Position numbers and translations under genes: made by a program
The notes under the pieces: model-generated
What the model saw: only the letters and a program-made list of their open reading frames with translations
What the model was told of the DNA's origin: nothing
Database searches by the model: none
Part shown: piece by piece, positions 56,872 to 64,000 of the stretch
Layout of the letters: each line of letters opens with the position of its first letter
Position numbering within the stretch: position 1 is the stretch's first letter
Source of the DNA: an uncultured Christensenella sp.
GTDB lineage: Bacteria > Bacillota > Clostridia > Christensenellales > UBA1242
Length of the DNA stretch: 64,000 nt
Assembly: GCA_949296965.1 (NCBI GenBank)
Contig: CASFQL010000018.1
Coordinates: 3,634-67,633 of the forward strand
Direction of reading: 5' to 3'

Positions 56872-56964
56872 GACTTTGTGCTGTAAAAATTTTAGCAAAA
56901 TTTTTACAATGAAATTTTAAGCATTAAAATTTCATATAAAAGTGAAACTTTTAAGCACAAAGTC
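56872..56964. repeat. cloverleaf-type intergenic repeat, copy 8
   Basis: Outer stem GACTTTGTGC/GCACAAAGTC encloses TGTAAAAATTTT-AGC-AAAATTTTTACA, ATGAAATTTTAA-GCA-TTAAAATTTCAT and TAAAAGT-GAA-ACTTTTA. Confidence 0.9.
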
Positions 56965-57051
56965 CATTTACAAAACTCAAACCTCATACGAAATTATAAA
57001 TAAAAGTTTAATATTGTTTTAAAAATTAAATCGGATAAAAGAAAATTAAAA

Positions 57052-57837
57052 TTATTTTGCTACTTGTTTGCCTGTAACATCAATATAATAATTTGATTTA
57101 ATTAAAAGGTCGCTAATTTTAACAAATTCATAACCTCTTGATTTTAAATTAGTTAAAACACTAGGCAGATAGTCCAAAACATGATCTGCATTATTATGAC
57201 AAAGAATAATCGAACCAGAGCTAACTTTTTTTATAATATTACTACAAACTTGTTCAGTTGAAATAGATTTCCAATCAAGCGAGTCAACATTCCATTGAAT
57301 AGTTTGTAATCCAAGGTCAGTAGCAACCTCAATCAAGTTATCGTTATAAGCACCATAAGGAGCCCTAAATAAACTTACTTTTGAATTTGTAATTTTTTCA
57401 ATTTTTTCAATAGAAGTTGTAAGTTCAAGTTGCATCTGTTCTTTTGAAAGTCTTGTCATATCAGGGTGAGAATTACTATGAGTTCCTATTTCATTTCCGC
57501 TATCATAAATCATTTTAGTTTGCTCTGGGTATTTATCCACCCACATACCAACTAAAAAGAAAGTTGCCTTAACATCAAACTCATCCAAAATTTTTAAAAT
57601 GCTCTCTGTTTTATCGGCGCCCCAGGAAGCATCAAAAGAAATTGAAATTTGTTTAGAAGTTGAATCTACACAGTAAATTGGTAATTTTTTTGTTTTGCTA
57701 TTTAAGAAAACACTTGCAACGGGCGCGTCCGCCCCTAGTGGAGATGAAAGCAAAATTAAAACAACCAACAAAAGAATTAATAATTTAAAAGTTTTAATTG
57801 AAATTGTCCAAAAAACTACCTTCCCCTGCCTTAACAT
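57052..57837 (-). CDS. polysaccharide deacetylase (NodB homology domain, PdaA/PdaB-like) with signal/anchor
   Basis: NodB motifs ISFDASWG, THSNSHP, FRAPYG and ILCHNN, with an N-terminal hydrophobic segment. The ATG at 57837 follows GAGGTG. Confidence 0.85.
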   Translation of the reverse strand: MLRQGKVVFWTISIKTFKLLILLLVVLILLSSPLGADAPVASVFLNSKTKKLPIYCVDSTSKQISISFDASWGADKTESILKILDEFDVKATFFLVGMWVDKYPEQTKMIYDSGNEIGTHSNSHPDMTRLSKEQMQLELTTSIEKIEKITNSKVSLFRAPYGAYNDNLIEVATDLGLQTIQWNVDSLDWKSISTEQVCSNIIKKVSSGSIILCHNNADHVLDYLPSVLTNLKSRGYEFVKISDLLIKSNYYIDVTGKQVAK

Positions 57838-58219
57838 AATACACCTCAATAAAGCAAAAATAATGACAATAAATGTAGTTAAAAATCTAAAATTAACGAA
57901 TTATTTTTTTTAATTTACGAATAATGATTTAAAAAATTAAATTATAGATGGGAAAAATCCATTTTTATTTTTTTAAAAGTATTAAAAATCAAAAGACTTA
58001 AAAAATAATAAATTATAAATTAATTATTTAAGCACTTTTTAATAAAAATTAAGAAATCATATCTAATAACTTAAAAATAAAAAAAACTTTTAACTATAAA
58101 AAATTGTCATCAATTAAAATTTATATAAAATTTTTAAGAATAATAAAAATTTACTAAATTTTAATATATTAAAACATATTCAGTAAAATATAAAAAAATG
58201 AGAAAAAACAAAAATTGGA

Positions 58220-58267
58220 TATAAAAAAAGAACAAGATTTGAGCAAACATGCTCTACTCTCGTTCTT
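58220..58267 (-). terminator. rho-independent terminator of parC
   Basis: On the minus strand, AAGAACGAGAGTAGAGCA-TGTT-TGCTCAAATCTTGTTCTT is followed by TTTTTTTAT, about 20 nt after the stop. Confidence 0.6.
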
Positions 58268-58288
58268 TATTAAAATTTTTTCTATAAA

Positions 58289-61200
58289 TTAACTATCAGC
58301 ACTAGCAACAACAGTTTTAACTGCAATTAATTTTTTACCCTTTTCAAAAGGTTTAGCCTTATCATTTTTTGTTGCAATTCTTATCTCATTTGTAGACCTA
58401 AAATATAGATTGTCGTGGGTATCAAAAACACATATTTCCTTTGGCAATGTAATTAAACTAGCAAAAGCAAGATTTTCGCCCGTATTTATTTTAACTCCCT
58501 TTCTATACCTAACACTCTCATCAATGCTTGCTACAATAACTCTCTTAGTTTGTCCACTATTTGTAATAATAACAATTTCGCCTTCATTATTTACGCAACT
58601 ATCAATACTTAAACAATAATCTTTATCCGCAAGCATAATTCCCTTTACTCCCCCAGCAACTCTACCTTGAACAGGAATATCATCAGTTTTAGCATTTAAA
58701 ACAATGCCTTGCTTAGTAACAAAAATTAAATTATATTTATCTGTCTTTTCAATTTCAACTTTCATAAGTTCATCGCCATCTTTTAATTTAATAGCCTGAT
58801 AGAAGGTTTTTAGCAAATTATATTCAGCCTTTGGCGTCTTTTTAAGCATACCAAATTTGGTATAGAACATTAAATTGCCTTCTTCATTAATAACATCTTG
58901 GTTAATTATAGAAATAATTCTCTCTTCCTTTTCCATACCCTTAAAGATATTATAATCTTCAATACCTTTACCTTTAAATTTACACTCTGGTATAGCAGAA
59001 GCATCAAGTTTATAGCAATTTCCAAGACTTGTGAAACAAAGTAATTTTGAATTAGAAAGGCACTCAAACTTTAATACATTTATATCCGCAGGAGATGTTT
59101 CTTCTTTTATTTCTTTGTTTGCAAGTTCGTAGTTTTTCTTTTTTACCAATTTAAAAGTTTCGTTCATTGACTTTAAAATAATAACATTTTGTGGAGTCGC
59201 TTCTTTTTTTACTTCTTCTGAGAAACTAATTTTTGCGCTATCTTTTAAGAATTTAGTTTTTCTATCTTTCTTATATTTTTTCTTAATTTCGTTTAATTCC
59301 TGTTTAACTATTTCAAATTGTTTTTTAGGAGAAGCAATGACGGCTGAAAGATATTTTATAAGATTATGAAGATTTTTCAATTCTTCTTCGAGTTTGTAGA
59401 CTTCCAAACTAGTCAACTTTGCAAGTCGCATATCAAGTATAGCCTGAGCCTGCTTATCACTCAACTTAAATTTCTCTTTAAGTCTTAATTTTGCTTCTGT
59501 TGTATTCTTACTTGTTTTAATAATTTTAACAACGGCATCAATATTTTTAATGGCAATTACAAGACCTTCTAATATGTGTGCCCTTTCTTTTGCTTGTTCT
59601 AATTCATACTTAGACCTACGCAAAATAATTTCTTTTTGATACTGACTATAATAGGCAATTATATCAATTAAACCCATTTGTTTTGGTTTACTTCCAGCAA
59701 TGGCGACCATATTAACGCCAAAAGTGCACTGTAAGTCGGTATTTTTTAGCAAAGAGTTGTAAATTTTATTAACATCAGCGTCTTTTTTAAGAACAATAAC
59801 CGCTCTCATTCCTTCTCGGTCTGACTCATCTCTAATATCCTGTATTCCGCTTAATCCGTATTTTTCTTCTTCCCTTAATTCAACAATCTTTCTAAGTAGC
59901 GCTGCTTTATTAACTCCATAAGGGATTTCTGTAATTACTAAACTTTTTTTCTCGTTTTCTGCCCCTTCCAAATGAATTTTTCCACGTAAATAAATTTTAC
60001 CCTTACCCGTTGCATAGGCTTGAACAAGTTCTGACGAATCAAGGATATATCCACCTGTTGGAAAATCTGGCCCTTTAATGATTTTCATCATTTCTTTTAA
60101 AGTGATGTTTGGATTGTCTATATAAGCAATGACACCATCTATCGTTTCTGCAAGATTATGTGTTGGGATATTGGTTGCTAAACCAACTGCTATACCGGTG
60201 GCACCATTAACTAAAAGATTAGGAAACCTACCGGGCAACATTTCAGGTTCTTTTAATGTATCGTCAAAATTAAGCCCCCACTTAACAGTATTTTTGTCTA
60301 AATCTCTTAAAAGTTCAAGTGCAAGTGGAGAAAGTTTTGCTTCTGTATACCTCATAGCAGCAGGGCTATCTCCGTCAATGCTACCAAAATTACCCTGCCC
60401 TTCAATTAAAATTTCGTTATAGTTAAAAGGTTGAGCCATATTAACAAGAGCCATATATACAGAACTGTCGCCGTGTGGATGGAACTTACCTAAGCAGTCA
60501 CCAACAATACGAGCAGACTTAACTTTTGCAGAATTTTCTCTAAGACCTAAGACATCATACATATCATAAAGAATTCTTCTTTGAACAGGTTTAAGACCAT
60601 CTTCTACTCTTGGCAATGCTCTATCAAGGATAATGTGTTCAGAATAAGGGATCATAGATTCGTGTAAAACAGTTTCTATATTCTTATAAATCATACCATC
60701 AATAACTTCGCTAGAACCGCCATCATATAAAACTTGGTCCTTAAAAAGTTTAGCCTTTTCAGCACTAACACCAAAAGCATCACTCCCTACATTTAAACCA
60801 ACTTCTTCAAAATCTCTATTCAACAAATCAACATCATGTTGAAGGTCTTTTTCTTTTTTTATTTGTTCGCTATCTTCACCGCCACCTTCGTCAATAAAAG
60901 TTTTAGCGCTTGACCTAATTTTTGAATTTTGTTTATCACTATTACTACTTCTTAAATCTTTACTAGCCACTTCATTACCTTCTCTTTCTTCAAAATTTTC
61001 ATCTTCTAAGTATTCGTTTTCAAAATTAGTAAAATCATCTTTGATTTTTTTAATATCTTCCTGCTTTAAATTGCTATCTCCTTCTTTATTTTCGTTTATA
61101 TTCTCGCTTTCTGTTTCTAAAATTTCCTTAAAATTTTGATTATTTTCTAATTTTTCCACATTAAAATCGTTCTCGTCATCTTCACTAAAATCTTCTTTAT

Positions 61201-62098
61201 TATCTTCTTCATTCTTTTCATCAAAAGAATTTAAGTTATTACTTTTTCCATCAATTTTAAATGCTTTATTTTCATTTGAATAGCCTTCATTAAACGAATT
61301 TGAATTTATGTAATTTTGACTTTCTTCATATAATTCTTTGTCATCTAATTCTTCCTTGTCTAGTTCTTCTTTTAATTTTTCGTCTAGTTCTTTCTTTAAT
61401 TTTTCTTCGTGTATTTCTTCGCTTTTTAATTCATCGTCAATTAATTTTTCCTTATCTAATTTTTTATTGTTTATTTTTTCATTATCCAAATTTTTAACTA
61501 ATTCTTCTTCTTTAGCAAGATTATTATCAAACTTATTTTCTATATTTTCATTAAAATCAACAGAGTCATCTCTTAATTTTTCAATAAGAGTTTCCTTTAT
61601 ATTTTTATCTTCTTCCAATACTTCTTGTTCGTCGTCTTCAAATAATGGAGAGTTATTTAAATTATCATCAAAAACTTCCCCCTTATTATATGAGTTTTCA
61701 ATTCTATTATCAGTATCATATGTTTTTAATTTTTCGTCATCTTTAACAGAACTTTTAGATAATTTTTCTAAAAGTTTTTCACTCGTATTTTGGCTATTGT
61801 CTTGTTGTTTACTACCAGCAATTTTTTGCAAAAATTGTTTTTCTTCTTGGTTTGTTTTACTATGCTCGCCCATTATTTTATTAAGTATTTCTTCTTTATT
61901 TAAAGATTTATCATCTTTTCTATCCATACCTTCTCCGTTATAAGTAGCATTATCAAAAGAAATTTGTCCATCTATGGTAGTATTGACTCTCTCTTCTTCC
62001 TCGTCCTTATTGCTATCTTCATCTCTAACAAATAACTCACTCACATCAATTTGACCAGGGATAGTAGAGTCCAAATCTTCATCTTCATCATCATACAT
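58289..62098 (-). CDS. parC: type IIA topoisomerase A subunit, ParC-like, with ~468-aa acidic N-terminal extension
   Basis: The core from aa ~469 ([42 protein letters not shown]) has FHPHGD and catalytic AAMRYTE. No GyrA box (QRRGGKG) precedes the C-terminal beta-pinwheel, hence ParC rather than GyrA. The ATG at 62098 lies 4 nt after the parE stop. Confidence 0.85.
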   Translation of the reverse strand: MYDDEDEDLDSTIPGQIDVSELFVRDEDSNKDEEEERVNTTIDGQISFDNATYNGEGMDRKDDKSLNKEEILNKIMGEHSKTNQEEKQFLQKIAGSKQQDNSQNTSEKLLEKLSKSSVKDDEKLKTYDTDNRIENSYNKGEVFDDNLNNSPLFEDDEQEVLEEDKNIKETLIEKLRDDSVDFNENIENKFDNNLAKEEELVKNLDNEKINNKKLDKEKLIDDELKSEEIHEEKLKKELDEKLKEELDKEELDDKELYEESQNYINSNSFNEGYSNENKAFKIDGKSNNLNSFDEKNEEDNKEDFSEDDENDFNVEKLENNQNFKEILETESENINENKEGDSNLKQEDIKKIKDDFTNFENEYLEDENFEEREGNEVASKDLRSSNSDKQNSKIRSSAKTFIDEGGGEDSEQIKKEKDLQHDVDLLNRDFEEVGLNVGSDAFGVSAEKAKLFKDQVLYDGGSSEVIDGMIYKNIETVLHESMIPYSEHIILDRALPRVEDGLKPVQRRILYDMYDVLGLRENSAKVKSARIVGDCLGKFHPHGDSSVYMALVNMAQPFNYNEILIEGQGNFGSIDGDSPAAMRYTEAKLSPLALELLRDLDKNTVKWGLNFDDTLKEPEMLPGRFPNLLVNGATGIAVGLATNIPTHNLAETIDGVIAYIDNPNITLKEMMKIIKGPDFPTGGYILDSSELVQAYATGKGKIYLRGKIHLEGAENEKKSLVITEIPYGVNKAALLRKIVELREEEKYGLSGIQDIRDESDREGMRAVIVLKKDADVNKIYNSLLKNTDLQCTFGVNMVAIAGSKPKQMGLIDIIAYYSQYQKEIILRRSKYELEQAKERAHILEGLVIAIKNIDAVVKIIKTSKNTTEAKLRLKEKFKLSDKQAQAILDMRLAKLTSLEVYKLEEELKNLHNLIKYLSAVIASPKKQFEIVKQELNEIKKKYKKDRKTKFLKDSAKISFSEEVKKEATPQNVIILKSMNETFKLVKKKNYELANKEIKEETSPADINVLKFECLSNSKLLCFTSLGNCYKLDASAIPECKFKGKGIEDYNIFKGMEKEERIISIINQDVINEEGNLMFYTKFGMLKKTPKAEYNLLKTFYQAIKLKDGDELMKVEIEKTDKYNLIFVTKQGIVLNAKTDDIPVQGRVAGGVKGIMLADKDYCLSIDSCVNNEGEIVIITNSGQTKRVIVASIDESVRYRKGVKINTGENLAFASLITLPKEICVFDTHDNLYFRSTNEIRIATKNDKAKPFEKGKKLIAVKTVVASADS

Positions 62099-62101
62099 AA
62101 A

Positions 62102-64000
62102 CTATTTCCCCTCAATTTTCATAAAATCATCATCTTTGTTAAAGTCTACATATTGCGAAAGATAAACTTTTCTAGCATCAATATCATTACCCATAAGAGT
62201 AGTTATTGAAAGTTCGGCATTTGCAATATCGTCAATTCCAACACGAACGAGAGTCCTTTTTTCTGGGTCCATTGTTGTTTCCCAAAGTTGTTCAGACTCC
62301 ATTTCACCAAGACCTTTATATCTTTGGATAGAATAACCTTTACCAAACCTTTTCAAAACTTCTGGTAATTCTTTATCAGAGTAAACATATTCAATATTTC
62401 CCCTTTTTTCGACACGATACAAAGGAGGAAGAGCGATATAAACATGTCCACTGCTAATAAGTTCTCTCATATACCTAAAAAAGAAAGTAATTAATATTGC
62501 TCTAATATGAGCACCATCTTGGTCAGCATCAGAAAGTATGACAACTTTATGATACTTCAAATTTTTTATATTAAAATCATCTCCAATTCCAGCCCCAAGA
62601 GAAGCGATAATAAGCCTAAATTCTTCGTTAGAAAGGACTTGGTCAAGTCTTTTTTTCTCAGCATTCAAAGGCTTACCTCTCAAACTTAAAACTGCTTGAA
62701 AGCGCCTATCTCTACCTTGCTTAACAGTTCCACCAGCACTTTGACCTTCTACAATAAACAATTCATTAAGTTCCGCATTTTTACCTGTGCAGTGAGCAAA
62801 TTTTCCAATAAGGCTTGAACTTTCAATACTGTTCTTTGCTCTTGCAACTTCTTTTGCGTGTTTTGCAGCAACTCTTGCCTTGCAAGCATTTTTTGCCTTA
62901 TCAATTATAATATTGGCAATTTTAACATTTTCTTTTTTGTCAAAAAACCTTACAAGCCCCGTATAAACCATATTTTCGACTATACCCTTTACTTCTGGGT
63001 TACCAAGTTTAGTCTTTGTCTGTCCTTCAAACTCAATATCTCTCATTTTAATTGACAAAATGACTGAAATTCCTTCTCTAAAATCATCACTAATTAAGTT
63101 TTCTTCTTTTGCTTTGATTAAATTTAGTTTTCTAGCAACTTCATTCATTGCCTTTGTAAGACCACTCTTAAAACCGACTTCATGGGTTCCGCCTTCGGTT
63201 GTAGGAATATTATTAACATAAGAAAAAACACTCTCAGCATAAGAGTCCGTATAACTTATTGCAAGGTGCATTTTTAGCCTTTCGTTTTCATCTTCAATAT
63301 AAATATATGGTTTAAAAAGAGAAAGTTTTGCATCATTTAGGTAATTTAAGAAATCTATAAGTCCACTTTGGAAACAATATTTATGTTCAATACCTTCCTT
63401 ATCATCTTTAAAATAAAGATTAAGTCCTTTATTTAAAAAAGCAAGTTCTTTTAATCTTTTTTTGATAACTCCTGCTTCAAGGACATTTTCGCCAAAAATT
63501 CTTTTATCAGGTAAAAAAGTTACAGTTGTCCCCGTTTTATCAGTTTTCCCAACTTCGGTCAACTTTTTATCAAGCACACCTCCGTGAATTTTTTTCTTTT
63601 TATCCATAGCACACTTGAAACTAATCTTATACATTTTACCATTTCTACAAATAGTTGCTTCAAGGTATTCACTTAGTGCGTTCGTAACACTTGCGCCAAC
63701 ACCATGTAATCCCCCAGAGTAATTGTAATTGGACGAGTCAAATTTACCACCTGCGTGAAGTTTAGTAAAAACAAGTTCTGCCCCCGAAATTTTGTATGTA
63801 GGATGAATATCAACAGGAATACCTCTACCATTATCTTCTACTGTGATAGAACCATCTTCATGGAGATTAACCCAAACGGAATCGCCAAAACCATTTGAGA
63901 TTTCATCAATGCTATTATCAACTATTTCCCAAAGGATATGATGAACTCCTTTACTACCTGTGCTACCAATATACATACCAGGTCTAAGTCTAACGGCGTC
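62102..64000 (-). CDS. parE: type IIA topoisomerase B subunit (ParE-like), 5' end outside the window
   Basis: The frame stays open to the window edge (DAVRLRPGMYIG). It has the GHKL ATPase region (EIVDNSIDE, DNGRGIP, GLHGVG) and Toprim EGQSAGG...LRGKPLN...DADQDGAHI. Confidence 0.9.
   Translation of the reverse strand, partial: DAVRLRPGMYIGSTGSKGVHHILWEIVDNSIDEISNGFGDSVWVNLHEDGSITVEDNGRGIPVDIHPTYKISGAELVFTKLHAGGKFDSSNYNYSGGLHGVGASVTNALSEYLEATICRNGKMYKISFKCAMDKKKKIHGGVLDKKLTEVGKTDKTGTTVTFLPDKRIFGENVLEAGVIKKRLKELAFLNKGLNLYFKDDKEGIEHKYCFQSGLIDFLNYLNDAKLSLFKPYIYIEDENERLKMHLAISYTDSYAESVFSYVNNIPTTEGGTHEVGFKSGLTKAMNEVARKLNLIKAKEENLISDDFREGISVILSIKMRDIEFEGQTKTKLGNPEVKGIVENMVYTGLVRFFDKKENVKIANIIIDKAKNACKARVAAKHAKEVARAKNSIESSSLIGKFAHCTGKNAELNELFIVEGQSAGGTVKQGRDRRFQAVLSLRGKPLNAEKKRLDQVLSNEEFRLIIASLGAGIGDDFNIKNLKYHKVVILSDADQDGAHIRAILITFFFRYMRELISSGHVYIALPPLYRVEKRGNIEYVYSDKELPEVLKRFGKGYSIQRYKGLGEMESEQLWETTMDPEKRTLVRVGIDDIANAELSITTLMGNDIDARKVYLSQYVDFNKDDDFMKIEGK

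Noticed and set aside
61338-61943. 201-aa Ser/Phe/Leu-rich plus-strand ORF, and the 65-aa ORF at 61300..61497.
   Set aside because: These are antisense readings of the E/D/K-rich ParC extension, since GAA/GAT/AAA codons read as TTC/ATC/TTT. It is a compositional artefact, not a gene.
1-64000. Alternative genetic code (TGA = Trp, as in Mollicutes), considered because of the extreme AT-richness.
   Set aside because: All conserved genes terminate at expected lengths with TAA/TAG/TGA. Trp in conserved motifs (for example WWIRQ in sigA) is encoded by TGG, and one gene ends at a TGA stop (46569-46571). Code 11 explains everything.
58289-64000. Calling the topoisomerase pair gyrB-gyrA.
   Set aside because: The A subunit lacks a GyrA box (QRRGGKG-like) at the start of its C-terminal domain. 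That domain resembles B. subtilis ParC as recalled ([27 protein letters not shown] versus [27 protein letters not shown]), and no dnaA/dnaN/recF context is visible. ParE/ParC is preferred but not proven without phylogeny.

Overview
Visibly AT-rich (about 70% A+T by eye, not computed) chromosomal segment of a low-GC Bacillota (Firmicutes) spore-former. It reads cleanly in the standard bacterial code, and about 50 genes lie almost entirely on the minus strand. The backbone is housekeeping and syntenic with Bacillus subtilis blocks: trmK-sigA-dnaG; yloV-yloU(asp23)-spoVM-rpe-rlmN-fmt-def-priA-rpoZ; ligA-pcrA; rpsU-mtaB-rsmE-dnaJ-dnaK-grpE-hrcA with a CIRCE operator; hemW-lepA; rarA; pro-sigma-K; RNase P RNA; RNase J; and parE-parC. 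Accessory or unusual content: (1) a ~5 kb island inserted between hrcA and hemW that encodes a coiled-coil protein plus four tandem divergent paralogs of an unrecognised ~300-350 aa family, two of them frame-disrupted; (2) a ~9 kb phage-like packaging/head module (terminase, portal, scaffold, capsid, BhlA-like holin) with no visible integrase, replication, long-tail or endolysin genes; (3) eight copies of a ~80-105 bp intergenic repeat that folds as an outer stem plus three hairpins, with stem sequences that differ between copies while pairing is kept; (4) strictly 10-bp-phased T-tract arrays and 21/22-bp tandem repeat arrays in intergenic DNA; (5) long low-complexity extensions on essential proteins, including a ~468 aa acidic N-terminus on ParC and a ~105 aa N/K-rich N-terminus on RNase J; (6) a tandem-OB SSB-like protein and an unannotated 28-codon SpoVM-like sORF. 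All calls come from reading the sequence and ORF translations. No database search was run.
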